From Pseudomonadota bacterium (GTDB lineage Bacteria; Bdellovibrionota_G; JALEGL01; DATDPG01): 64,000 nucleotides of DNA. Where the stretch lies: positions 14,159 to 78,158 of the forward strand of contig JAZDDX010000038.1 in assembly GCA_043809315.1 (NCBI GenBank), in the 5' to 3' direction. The number at the start of each line of letters is the position of its first letter. The stretch's first letter is position 1. The notes below the pieces were generated by a model. That model was not told the DNA's origin. It saw only the letters and a list, made by a program, of their open reading frames with translations, and did not search any database. Shown in pieces: positions 17,716-26,720 of the stretch. A program made the position numbers and the translations under genes.

Positions 17716-18580
17716 CGATCCGTTCGACTTCCTTCCGGAACTGCTCGATCACCCGTCCGGTTACCGTTCCCGGCTTGCCGCTCCCGACCGAAACTCCGTC
17801 GATCGTCGCGACCGGCATGATCTCCTTCACCGTCCCGGTCAGGAACACTTCGTCCGCGGAAAGAAACTCCTGTCGCGAGATCCTCCGTTCTTCGAACGGA
17901 ATCCGCTCGCGATGGAAGATCTCCTTCAAGAGCCCGCGTGAGATCCCGTCCAGAATTCCGCTCTCCATCTGCGGCGTCTGAATCACTCCACCCTTCACCA
18001 TGAAGATGTTCGACGCCGTCGCCTCCGCGATGCAATCCTCGACGTTCAACATCACCGCATCGGCCGCTCCCCGCTTTTTCGCCTCGATGATGGCGATGAC
18101 GTTGTTCAGATAATTCCCGGACTTGATGTTCGGATCGAGCGCCTGACGCGGGTTCCGGCGGATCGAGACCAGCGCCACACCGACCCCCGATTCGTAGTAC
18201 TCCTTCGGGAACACCTTGATCCGGTCGACCAGGATCACCGTACGGGGAACGAGCTTCTCCTGGGGATAGAGATCGAACCGGTCGTCCTCCCCACGGCTCA
18301 CGATGATCCGGATGTAATGATCGGGATGGGGGCTCCCCACCATGCAGTCCACAAGGTGCCGATCGAGCCGCTCGAAGGAGAACGGGATCCGGAGGCCGAT
18401 CTGTTCCGCGGAGTGGAGAAGGCGCCGATAGTGCCGGTCGAGAAGGAACGGGATCTTCCCCCGGTAGGTCCGGACCACCTCATAGACGGAGTCGCCGTAC
18501 AGAAACCCGCGATCCATCACCGGAACGACCGCCGCCTCGGGGGGGACTTTTTGGAAATCGATGCTGAAAACGGGTGTCAT
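17678..18580 (-). CDS. PLP fold-type IV aminotransferase (branched-chain/D-amino-acid aminotransferase or ADC lyase family)
   Basis: About 300 aa with Gly-rich PLP-binding segments (EVFLTGTVKEIMPV). The probable ATG at 18580 overlaps the upstream ZIP stop (ATGA). Confidence 0.75.
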   Translation of the reverse strand: MTPVFSIDFQKVPPEAAVVPVMDRGFLYGDSVYEVVRTYRGKIPFLLDRHYRRLLHSAEQIGLRIPFSFERLDRHLVDCMVGSPHPDHYIRIIVSRGEDDRFDLYPQEKLVPRTVILVDRIKVFPKEYYESGVGVALVSIRRNPRQALDPNIKSGNYLNNVIAIIEAKKRGAADAVMLNVEDCIAEATASNIFMVKGGVIQTPQMESGILDGISRGLLKEIFHRERIPFEERRISRQEFLSADEVFLTGTVKEIMPVATIDGVSVGSGKPGTVTGRVIEQFRKEVERIVSSRGPGSSRTT

Positions 18581-19317
18581 CCTTCCAACCATTTCGCCAG
18601 GAGAGTGAACCCGATTCCGAGAGCAAAACCAAGGATCGCTTCGACCCGCCCCCCTTCGCGGGAGTGAGTTCCGGGAAGAAGATCCCCCGTGGCCAGGTGC
18701 AGGAAAGTCCCGGAAGAAAGGGCGACGGCGATCCCGATCATCCGTTCCCCCAGCGTCGGAAGCTCGAAGACCGCGACAATAATCCCGAGCGGAACCATCA
18801 GAGAGAAGCAGGAGATCAAACCGTACAGACGGGATCGGGACTGTTTTCCGAGAACCAGGAGGGAGGTCAACGAGAACGCCTCCGGTCCTTTGTGAATGGC
18901 GGTCGCCATGAAGACCGCGCCGGCCAGTCCGGGGACCAGTATCGCCGATCCCAACGCGACCCCTCCCAGGAACGAATGGAGGGAGAAGCCGGCCAACGCC
19001 GCCAACCCGAGGGTGTGATAGTCACACCCCCCCTCGTCGCACGGGTGAACCATCACGAACCGCTCAAGGAGGAAGATCGAAAAATAACCGAGGAGGATGA
19101 ACAGTCCGGCGTGGGAAGGGCCGAGACGTTCGTACGCCTCCGGCATCATGTGAATCAACGCAACGCCGAGGAGAACGCCGGCGGAGACGCTGATCGCGAT
19201 TCGGGCGAACCAGGTCGACCGGAATCCCCAGATCGCGAGCCCGGCCCCAAGCCAGATGATCGCGACGATCGAAAAAGCGTAAAAAATCGCTCCCGGGGGA
19301 AGAGTCACGGAGGGCAA
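18577..19317 (-). CDS. ZIP-family divalent metal (zinc) transporter, ZupT-like
   Basis: Eight predicted TM segments with the HSFLGGVALG and HKGPEAFSL metal-binding motifs of ZIP/ZupT. Confidence 0.8.
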   Translation of the reverse strand: MPSVTLPPGAIFYAFSIVAIIWLGAGLAIWGFRSTWFARIAISVSAGVLLGVALIHMMPEAYERLGPSHAGLFILLGYFSIFLLERFVMVHPCDEGGCDYHTLGLAALAGFSLHSFLGGVALGSAILVPGLAGAVFMATAIHKGPEAFSLTSLLVLGKQSRSRLYGLISCFSLMVPLGIIVAVFELPTLGERMIGIAVALSSGTFLHLATGDLLPGTHSREGGRVEAILGFALGIGFTLLAKWLEG

Positions 19318-19386
19318 TTCCTAAACCAAATCAACCTCCTAGTAAAGAACAGGGACGAAACGACACCGGTGTCATTAATTCACAGG

Positions 19387-19407
19387 GAAAATAAACGTTT
19401 AAAATTC
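19387..19407. promoter_or_regulatory. AT-rich imperfect palindrome GAAAATAAACGTTTAAAATTC about 70-90 nt upstream of the ZIP gene (candidate Fur-family/Zur operator)
   Basis: Centred on the perfect palindrome AAACGTTT with partially symmetric AT-rich flanks. It is the only such AT-rich dyad in the leader. Confidence 0.25.
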
Positions 19408-19810
19408 GCAAGCCATTAGAATCATTGATGTCTGTGGTTTTCCCAACATTGGCACGCGTCCTGCTGTAACGAATGACCGAAGGAGAAGAGAAACAGGAGG
19501 ACGCCATGATGAACGAGAGACAAAAGAAGATGATGGGCGATGCCGGATACGCTCTTTCTCCGCTGATGTAATGGAGCGATATCCACAAAACCTGGGGATA
19601 ACCACGATGAAAAAGAACCCAATCTTCGGTCACTACTCGATCTGGCGCGGCTCCGAGCGAAATGCCTCATTCTTGGGCATCAAAAAGATCGGCCAAAATC
19701 AACCGTTTTTTCCTGTTCTGCGACATGGGATGACCCCCATGGATTCGAGTTGAGGCGCGACACGGAATATCCCCAGATGGGGATAGAATCGGCCCTTAAC
19801 GTAGTGTCAC

Positions 19811-20173
19811 CTACGTTCGCAGGCCGGTGGTAGCGCGAGTCGAAACGTACCGCGCGATCTCGGTTCGGATCTCCGGAGTGGCGTCGAGGAACTCGAGCGC
19901 CAGACGAGGACTGGTGTCATTTCGCTCCACCCGGACGACCTTTCCATAGACCGTAATGACCAGATCGCTCTTCGGAAGCTTGAACTGCATCCGGATTTTG
20001 GTCCCGACGAGCGGGACGACTTTTTCGTTTGCAAGAGCCTGAGCATCGACCGCTAGACCCTGCTCGGAAATGTTGAGGGCATAGCCGAAGCCGATCGCCT
20101 CCCCTTCGGCGGAGCCGATTCGCATCGAAACCGGAACCCGCGGCGCGCGCCGCTTTTCGTCTTTGATGACCAT
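19811..20173 (-). CDS. PilZ-domain c-di-GMP receptor
   Basis: RRAPR (RxxxR) and NISEQG (D/NxSxxG) motifs at the correct spacing. Confidence 0.7.
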   Translation of the reverse strand: MVIKDEKRRAPRVPVSMRIGSAEGEAIGFGYALNISEQGLAVDAQALANEKVVPLVGTKIRMQFKLPKSDLVITVYGKVVRVERNDTSPRLALEFLDATPEIRTEIARYVSTRATTGLRT

Positions 20174-20192
20174 CGTCCGGCAACCTAAAATT

Positions 20193-20266
20193 TGGCTCCG
20201 GGACAAGGATTCGAACCTCGATAAGCAGGTTCAGAGCCTGCTGTCCTACCATTAGACGATCCCGGA
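20193..20266 (-). tRNA. tRNA-Gln (anticodon CTG)
   Basis: Manual fold gives a 7-bp acceptor stem TCCGGGA/TCCCGGA, 3-bp D stem, anticodon loop CTCTGAA and T-arm CGAGG-TTCGAAT-CCTTG. The 3' G-CCA end is encoded. Confidence 0.85.
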
Positions 20267-20374
20267 GCGACCGGGGGTTTGTGACCGAAAGGGGGTTCTT
20301 TGTCAAACGTCGCTCCTTGACGGAGCGGCGGCGGTATGGTTGAAACGCCATTCTTAAGTTCCTCGAAGACCGTT

Positions 20375-20449
20375 GGTCCCATCGTCTAACGGTTAGGACA
20401 TGGCCCTCTCAAGGCTAAAATACGGGTTCGATTCCCGTTGGGACCGCCA
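20375..20449 (+). tRNA. tRNA-Glu (anticodon CTC)
   Basis: Manual fold gives acceptor GGTCCCA/TGGGACC, anticodon stem TGGCC/GGCTA with loop CTCTCAA, T-arm ACGGG-TTCGATT-CCCGT, discriminator G and CCA. Confidence 0.85.
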
Positions 20450-20468
20450 CTTGCAGCTACGTAGAACC
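20437..20468 (+). repeat. Direct repeat copy 1 (tRNA-Glu 3' end plus 19 nt downstream), att-like
   Basis: GTTGGGACCGCCACTTGCAGCTACGTAGAACC recurs at 21682-21713 with one mismatch. Confidence 0.7.
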
Positions 20469-20618
20469 CCACATCACACTAATATTGGGGTCATGGGTAA
20501 CACCCCATCCCTCCGACCAACGACGGAGCCCGGATTGGGATCGCCAAGGACAGCATCGTAGAACCGTGCTTGATCCCAGAACCTCGACAGATCTGAATCC
20601 CTCGGACATGAGAGCCAT

Positions 20619-21608
20619 ATGATTTGGACTCTCTTAATTCTTTTCTTGATCCAGCAAGCATCAGCCGGATCGTTCCCAGGCACCACCACTGACTTTCACG
20701 TGGGCATCAAGACTCTGAAGTTCACAGATGTGGCAAGAACACGAAATATCGATATGCGGATTTGGTACCCCGTCGATACCGTTAACCCGGCCAAGGTGCT
20801 TTTTGATGGACCGGTATTCCTGCCAGTGAACGCGATCGAAGATGCTCCGATCGCAAAGGCACCAACGAAGTTCCCGTTGATCATTCTATCCCACGGCTCC
20901 GGAGGCCTAGGAATTCGGCTTTCGTGGCTTGCAGAGTTCCTTGTCCGGCATGGATACATCGTCGTCACTCTCGATCACCCCGGCAACCGTGCACAGGACA
21001 ACTCGCCGGAAGGCTTAATGCGTGTCTGGGAACGGCCGAAGGACGTGTCGTTTGTGTTGAGTCAAACACTCAAGGACAGGGAATTCGCTAATCACATTGA
21101 CGCGACAAGAATTGGAGCCGCCGGACATTCCGCTGGGGGTACCACGGTCCTTCTCTTGGCAGGAGTGCGCCTCGACAAAAAGAGGCTTGCAAATCCAATA
21201 CCCGGGTGTGCGGGTTCAGATCCGTATTTTCTTCAACTGTGCGAGGGTATGAAGAAACTAAATCCGAAGAAATACGCCACTGAAGACGTTGAATGTTCAT
21301 ATCGCGACGATCGTATACGCGCGGTGGCCTCGTTCGACCCCGGCTTCGGGCCTTCCTTCAACCCCGAAAGCTTCAAATCGGCCAAGACGAAGATACTGGT
21401 TCTTGCTGCCGGAACACTTCATGACCCGGCGGATGAACTGTTCACCGCATCTCTCAGGGATTCCTTGGGTCTCGGAAGTTTCGAATTGATAAAGGAAGCG
21501 GACCACATGACCTTTCTCACGCCTTGTAAACCAGGTGTGGAAGTCACAATTCCTGATGTGGCTGACGTGTGTTGGCGGAGCGTCGATCGGGCTCGCTTAC
21601 AGGAATAA
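20619..21608 (+). CDS. Secreted alpha/beta hydrolase (dienelactone hydrolase / PAF-acetylhydrolase-like), lower-GC gene between the direct repeats
   Basis: Signal peptide, LSHGSGG and GHSAGG (GxSxG) motifs. Codon usage is visibly more AT-rich than the neighbouring genes. Confidence 0.65.
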   Translation: MIWTLLILFLIQQASAGSFPGTTTDFHVGIKTLKFTDVARTRNIDMRIWYPVDTVNPAKVLFDGPVFLPVNAIEDAPIAKAPTKFPLIILSHGSGGLGIRLSWLAEFLVRHGYIVVTLDHPGNRAQDNSPEGLMRVWERPKDVSFVLSQTLKDREFANHIDATRIGAAGHSAGGTTVLLLAGVRLDKKRLANPIPGCAGSDPYFLQLCEGMKKLNPKKYATEDVECSYRDDRIRAVASFDPGFGPSFNPESFKSAKTKILVLAAGTLHDPADELFTASLRDSLGLGSFELIKEADHMTFLTPCKPGVEVTIPDVADVCWRSVDRARLQE

Positions 21609-21681
21609 GTTAGGGCCCGCGTTTTGAAATTCTTTCAAGAATCGCTCTAGCTGGATCTGATGTGGGGTTCAATTATCTACA

Positions 21682-21713
21682 GTTGGGACCGCCACTTGTA
21701 GCTACGTAGAACC
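21682..21713 (+). repeat. Direct repeat copy 2 (degenerate tRNA-Glu 3' end), att-like
   Basis: GTTGGGACCGCCACTTGTAGCTACGTAGAACC, preceded by a degenerate T-loop-like GGGGTTCAATT. Confidence 0.7.
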
Positions 21714-21801
21714 ACCAAGCCCAAAGGCTCAAAGCTCGAGCCGACCACCTCTCCCCTTCTTCTCTGGCTGCACAGGGTCAAGTTGGGTATGCTTTTCCCG
21801 A

Positions 21802-22818
21802 ATGGCACTCAAGATCGGCGGGCTGCTCGTCTCCATGGGCCTTGTGAGCCCCGACAAGGTCGATCAAGCGTTGGAACACCAGAATACACATGGGGGAAGG
21901 TTGGGGTCGATCCTGGTGGGGTTGGGGTTTGTCTCCGACCACGACTTGGCCCGTGTCCTATCCGAACAGCTGCATCTCCCAGCCGCGAAATACGATGAGT
22001 TCAAAGCGATTTCAGAGTCTGCGATCAGGGCCATGTCAGCCGATTTTGTTAAGGAGCACCAGTGTATCCCTCTCGTTCTGCGCCATCGCATCCGCGTGGC
22101 GATCGCCGATCCATGGGAAATCAAGGCAATCAACGAATGGGGATTGCAAAACAGTTTACAGGTACAGATGGTCCTCGCGCCGGAAATCTGGATCATCGCG
22201 GCGATGGAGCGATACTATCGAATCACACGTCCGGACCGCTTCAATGCTGCGGAATCAGCCGAGACTTTGCCTGGAGATGAAAACAAGGGGAGCCGTCCCG
22301 CGGAGGTGATCGCAAACAACACTATCTCCTTTCCGGTTTTTCAAAAACAGCTGGCCGAATCTCGATCCAAGGAGGAAATCTTTGACGTTCTTTTGAACTA
22401 TCTCGCGCCCATCCTCCCCCAGATCGCCGTCTTTGTGCTGCGGAAAGGGTTTGCCGTGGGCTGGCTGGTGCATGGTCTTCCGGTGCGCCCGTCTGTTTTC
22501 GGTAAGATCGAGATCCCCCTTTCGGTTGCGACGTCGTTGGCAACCGTGGTGAATTCCAGGGAGCCCTTCCAAGGCATAATCGCCCAGGATGCCGCCACTC
22601 GAATGAGGTTTGATTTGTTGCAGATCGACCCCGGTCAGCAGATCCGTCTTTGCCCGATTGTGTTCCGCGGCCAGGTCGCCACGGTCTTGCTCGGCATACC
22701 GAATCAACCACTTTCATCCGACCAAGAAAAGGTTGTGTTCCAAGCCTGCGGGAAGATGGAAGCCGCGATCGAAATGCTCGTTTATCGGAAAATTATTCTG
22801 GCCCCCTTCCTGGAATAA
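21802..22818 (+). CDS. MshEN-domain (T2SS GspE N-terminal-like) c-di-GMP-binding protein with uncharacterised C-terminal half
   Basis: RLGSILVGLGFVSDHDLARVLSEQ fits the 24-residue MshEN motif RLGxxLxxxGxVxxxxLxxxLxxQ at every position. Confidence 0.7.
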   Translation: MALKIGGLLVSMGLVSPDKVDQALEHQNTHGGRLGSILVGLGFVSDHDLARVLSEQLHLPAAKYDEFKAISESAIRAMSADFVKEHQCIPLVLRHRIRVAIADPWEIKAINEWGLQNSLQVQMVLAPEIWIIAAMERYYRITRPDRFNAAESAETLPGDENKGSRPAEVIANNTISFPVFQKQLAESRSKEEIFDVLLNYLAPILPQIAVFVLRKGFAVGWLVHGLPVRPSVFGKIEIPLSVATSLATVVNSREPFQGIIAQDAATRMRFDLLQIDPGQQIRLCPIVFRGQVATVLLGIPNQPLSSDQEKVVFQACGKMEAAIEMLVYRKIILAPFLE

Positions 22819-23139
22819 GGACCGCCAATTGAATCAGTAGTTCATCCGTAATGACCTCTATTGGAAACGTCGCCCAACTCGTTCGCGCTGGCGTTCCGCT
22901 CGAGTCTTTCTGGCCTTCAGGTAATGGGGTAGAGAGAGCACTCCGTAACGACCTCAGAGATTTGCACAAGGGATCCGCAACCTTTTTGAAGGCCAGATCC
23001 CTACGGATGAATGTTCCTTTCGGGGATATGGACCGAAAGGTGTGCGAGAAACTCTAACGGGATAAATGTAAGATGGAGGCCGCTCCGGGTCGAAAAAAAC
23101 ACCCGGTCCTGGGCATACGAGAGCCGCGGCAAGAACTTC

Positions 23140-23156
23140 CGTTCGAAATTCGAACG
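23140..23156. promoter_or_regulatory. Perfect 17-bp palindrome CGTTCGAAATTCGAACG about 30 nt upstream of the gatE start
   Basis: 8-bp arms with a 1-nt spacer. It shares the GTTCGAAC core with the tandem repeats at 55128-55171. Confidence 0.3.
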
Positions 23157-23187
23157 AGTACAATGCCGCACCCGGACAAGAACCACG

Positions 23188-25317
23188 ATGCCCGACGCGA
23201 ATCAAAACGGGATCTTCTCCCCCTTGAGCGGAAAACTGCGCGAGCCGGAGTTCTACGAGGCCCTCGGCTTCCGCTCCGGTCTCGAAATCCACCAGCAGCT
23301 CCTGACGGAAAAGAAGCTCTTCTGCCGCTGCCCGGCGGGGAGGTACACCCGGACGCACGACGCGGTGATCCTGCGCCACATGCGTCCCACTCTATCCGAA
23401 CTCGGCGAATACGACGGAACGGCGCTCATGGAGTTCAAGACGAAGAAGGACATCGTCTACCTCCTGAACCGCGAAAACGTCTGCACGTACGAGATGGACG
23501 ACACGCCTCCGTTCCTCATCAACGAGACGGCGATCGACATCGGGATCGAGATCGCACTCCTTCTCAAGTGCCAGATCGTCAACGAGATTCACGTCATCCG
23601 GAAACAGTACCTCGACGGCTCGATCCCCACCGGTTTCCAGCGGACCGCGATCCTCGGAGTGGACGGAAAGATCCCGTTCCGAGGCCGCGAGATCTCGATC
23701 GTTCAACTCGCCGTGGAGGAGGACTCCTGCCGGGAGGTCACCGACGAACGCCACCGGATCACCTTCCGAACGGACCGCCTGAGCATGCCGCTTTCGGAAA
23801 CGGTGACCGGCCCCGACATGCGAACACCCGAGGAGGTGGCGGCCGTCTGTGACCTCCTCGGGCGAGTCGCTCGGGTGACGGGGCACGTGCGCCGGGGGAT
23901 CGGAAGCGTCCGACAGGATGTCAACGTCTCCATCACCGGCGGCCTGCGGGTGGAGATCAAAGGGGTCAGCCGCATCCCTTTTATCCCCGAACTCGTGCAC
24001 AACGAGGCGCTCCGTCAGTCGAGACTCCTCGGAATCCGTGAGCATCTTCGCAGCCTGGCGCTTACGCGGGAAAATCTCGCGGGCGGACAACACGAGGTAC
24101 GGGAGTTCTTGGCGAAGACTTCCGCCCCCCTCCTTCGGAAGGCGGTGAACGAAGGCCTCAGCATCCGGGCGCAGGTGTTGCGCGGATGCCGGAAGGTCTT
24201 GCTCGCGAAGACACAGCCCGGCTTGGTCTTCGCGCAGGAACTCAGCGGGCGCGTGCGCGTGATCGCCTGTCTCGACGACCCGGTGAATCTCTTCGTCCGC
24301 GACGAACCTCACGGATTGGGTCTGGCGCGCCAGCGGTGGGAACAGGCCCCCCGCGATCTTTGCGCGGGCCCCTCCCTGGATGAGTGGAAGCGGCTGGCGA
24401 AGAGACTTCATGTCACGGAGGAGGACGGAGTCGTCCTGACCTTCGGTTCCGCGGAGGACACACTCACGGCCGCGAACGAGATCCGGAACCGGATGGTCGA
24501 GGCTCTCGAGGGGGTCCCCCACGAAACGCGGATGCCGTTCCCCTCCGGCACAACCGACTTCGAACGGATCCTCCCGGGACCGGACCGAATGTATCCCGAC
24601 ACCGACCATCCCCCGGTCGCCCTGAAGGACGAGCGTTTCGCCGAGATCGCCTCCCGCCTTCCCGAACTCCCGTGGACGAGAGAGGCCGCGCTGAAAGAGA
24701 TCGGACTGAACGGGACGGTGATCCGCGCCCTTGCGATCTCCCCCCACTACCCCCTCTTCCGCGAGTTCGTCTCCCGCCCCGGAGGGCGGGCCCGGGCCGC
24801 CGTCCTGGCCTGGCTCTTCGTCGAGCTTCTGAAGTTTCTGCGCCGCGACGGTGTTCCGGTCGAAACCCTCCGGGAGGCCGACCTTCGGTATGTCACGGAG
24901 CTGTATCTTTCGGGCCGGCTGCAACGCGAGGGGCTCCAGATCGTCCTGACACGGCTCGCGAGGCGCCGGGTCGCGATCGCTGGAACCCGGGAGGAAACCG
25001 ACCGCCCGGAGACCGTTCTCGTCGCGATCCTGAAGGAGGAGTTCCCCGAAGTGGCCGAGAAGAAAACGCCGCTCGGTGCGCCGTTCGTCGATCTCCCCCG
25101 TTTGATGGAAACCACGCTTCGCCTGGCATTCCCGGGGGAACCTCAGCGGCTCCGAACGCTCATGGGGGTCGCCATGCACCGGTATCGGGGCGTGGCTCCG
25201 GGTAGAGAGATCGGCCAGGCGGTCGAGGCGTGGTGCAAGAAACACCCGGATCCATCGGCCAAAGAGACCCTCGTGCGACTTTCCGCGCAGGGAAAAAAGG
25301 GAGCGAGGAAGAGATGA
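23188..25317 (+). CDS. gatE: Glutamyl-tRNA(Gln) amidotransferase subunit E, archaeal-type GatE
   Basis: N-terminal GLEIHQQLLTEKKLFCRCPAG is the GatB/GatE family signature. At about 709 aa it has the GatE-type insertion. Its stop overlaps the ATG of an asparaginase-like GatD (ATGA). Confidence 0.8.
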   Translation: MPDANQNGIFSPLSGKLREPEFYEALGFRSGLEIHQQLLTEKKLFCRCPAGRYTRTHDAVILRHMRPTLSELGEYDGTALMEFKTKKDIVYLLNRENVCTYEMDDTPPFLINETAIDIGIEIALLLKCQIVNEIHVIRKQYLDGSIPTGFQRTAILGVDGKIPFRGREISIVQLAVEEDSCREVTDERHRITFRTDRLSMPLSETVTGPDMRTPEEVAAVCDLLGRVARVTGHVRRGIGSVRQDVNVSITGGLRVEIKGVSRIPFIPELVHNEALRQSRLLGIREHLRSLALTRENLAGGQHEVREFLAKTSAPLLRKAVNEGLSIRAQVLRGCRKVLLAKTQPGLVFAQELSGRVRVIACLDDPVNLFVRDEPHGLGLARQRWEQAPRDLCAGPSLDEWKRLAKRLHVTEEDGVVLTFGSAEDTLTAANEIRNRMVEALEGVPHETRMPFPSGTTDFERILPGPDRMYPDTDHPPVALKDERFAEIASRLPELPWTREAALKEIGLNGTVIRALAISPHYPLFREFVSRPGGRARAAVLAWLFVELLKFLRRDGVPVETLREADLRYVTELYLSGRLQREGLQIVLTRLARRRVAIAGTREETDRPETVLVAILKEEFPEVAEKKTPLGAPFVDLPRLMETTLRLAFPGEPQRLRTLMGVAMHRYRGVAPGREIGQAVEAWCKKHPDPSAKETLVRLSAQGKKGARKR

Positions 25318-26720
25318 GCCAGGGCCCGACCGTCGTAACGCACGACCCGCAGCAAGGGTACCGACCGCCTACGCTCGACGTCTTGCGGGAATACGGCGCG
25401 GCGGTCTGGAACGACGTGGAGATCGCAACGAAAAACGGAACGTTCCAGGGGATCATTCTTCCCCGTTCCGAGACCGCCGACGCGAATCACATCGTGATCA
25501 AGCTTCACAACGGCTACAACGTCGGTCTGCGCGCCGATCTCGTCGAGAAGATCACGGTCCGCGGCACCCGGGAAGCCAAATACAAGATCAAGGAGAAGGT
25601 GTTCCCGATCGATCCGGGGAAGCCGGCCGTCAGCCTGCTCGGGACCGGAGGGACGATCGCCAGCCGCCTCGACTACCGGACCGGGGCCGTGATCCCCGCT
25701 TTCTCGCCGGGGGAGCTGTACGGCGCCGTCCCCGAACTGGCGGACCACTGCAACCTGAAAACCAAAAAACTTTTCGGAATCTTCAGCGAGAACATCGCCG
25801 CGGAGCACTGGGTGGCGATGGCCAAGGCGGTCGAAGAGGAGATTCGGGACGGGGCGGACGGCGTGATCATCGGGCACGGCACCGACACCATGCACTATTC
25901 CGCCGCAGCGCTCACGTTCATGGTGCAGAATTCTCCGGTCCCGATCATCTTTGTCGGCTCGCAACGGAGCTCCGATCGCCCTTCTTCGGACGCCGCACTC
26001 AATCTGATCACATCCACCCACGCCGCGGGCCGGTGTGACATCGCCGAGGTGATGGTCTGCATGTTCGGACCGACCTCCGACCAATACGCGCTGCTCCACC
26101 CCGGGACGAGGGTCCGGAAGATGCACTCCTCCTACCGCTCCACGTTCCGCACGATCGGGGACATCCCGCTCGCCACCGTCTCCCCCACCGAGATCAAGCT
26201 ACTCCGGACGGACTACAAGTCGCGCCGGAAGGACCGGAACGTTTCGGTGAACACGGCGTACGACGACCGGGTTTCGATCGTCTACTACTACCCGAACATG
26301 AAGCCGGACATCATCGACTCGCTGGTCGACAACGGCTACCGCGGGATCGTCATCGCCGGGACCGGCTTGGGGCACATCAACAAGCCGCTCTACCCATCGA
26401 TCCGGCGTGCCGTGGAGCGAGGGGTCCACATCTACATGACGGTCGAGACGCTCTGGGGGTACGTGCAGATGTACGTCTACGACACCGGTCGGGACTTGAT
26501 GGAGCTCGGGATCATCCCCGCCGCGAACATGCTCCCGGAGACCGCCTACGTGAAGCTGATCTGGGCGTTGGGGCAGTCGCAGGATCGCGAGAAGGTGAAG
26601 GAGATCATGCTCACGCCGATCTGCCGCGAGATCACGGAACGGGAACCCCACGACGGCTATCTCATCCTCCAGGGGGGGATCCCCGAGGTGCGCGAGATGA
26701 TGTCGCATCTCTGGAAGTAG
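25314..26720 (+). CDS. gatD: Glutamyl-tRNA(Gln) amidotransferase subunit D, GatD (asparaginase-like)
   Basis: About 100-aa N-terminal extension followed by an L-asparaginase fold containing LLGTGGTIAS. Confidence 0.8.
   Translation: MSQGPTVVTHDPQQGYRPPTLDVLREYGAAVWNDVEIATKNGTFQGIILPRSETADANHIVIKLHNGYNVGLRADLVEKITVRGTREAKYKIKEKVFPIDPGKPAVSLLGTGGTIASRLDYRTGAVIPAFSPGELYGAVPELADHCNLKTKKLFGIFSENIAAEHWVAMAKAVEEEIRDGADGVIIGHGTDTMHYSAAALTFMVQNSPVPIIFVGSQRSSDRPSSDAALNLITSTHAAGRCDIAEVMVCMFGPTSDQYALLHPGTRVRKMHSSYRSTFRTIGDIPLATVSPTEIKLLRTDYKSRRKDRNVSVNTAYDDRVSIVYYYPNMKPDIIDSLVDNGYRGIVIAGTGLGHINKPLYPSIRRAVERGVHIYMTVETLWGYVQMYVYDTGRDLMELGIIPAANMLPETAYVKLIWALGQSQDREKVKEIMLTPICREITEREPHDGYLILQGGIPEVREMMSHLWK

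Noticed and set aside
19507-19572. 21-codon ORF MMNERQKKMMGDAGYALSPLM in the PilZ/ZIP intergenic region
   Set aside because: It has no RBS and no conservation evidence. It is too short to call without support.
20289-20340. CGCTCC-TTGAC-GGAGCG dyad between the divergent tRNA genes
   Set aside because: It is short and overlaps a probable -35 (TTGACG) of a tRNA promoter. It is not distinguishable from promoter sequence.
22851-23057. 68-aa ORF between the MshEN gene and gatE
   Set aside because: It has no motifs and a weak start context, in a region that also carries the palindrome. It is more likely non-coding leader.
23392-25245. 617-aa minus-strand ORF
   Set aside because: It is antisense to gatE, which has strong family motifs in the sense frame.
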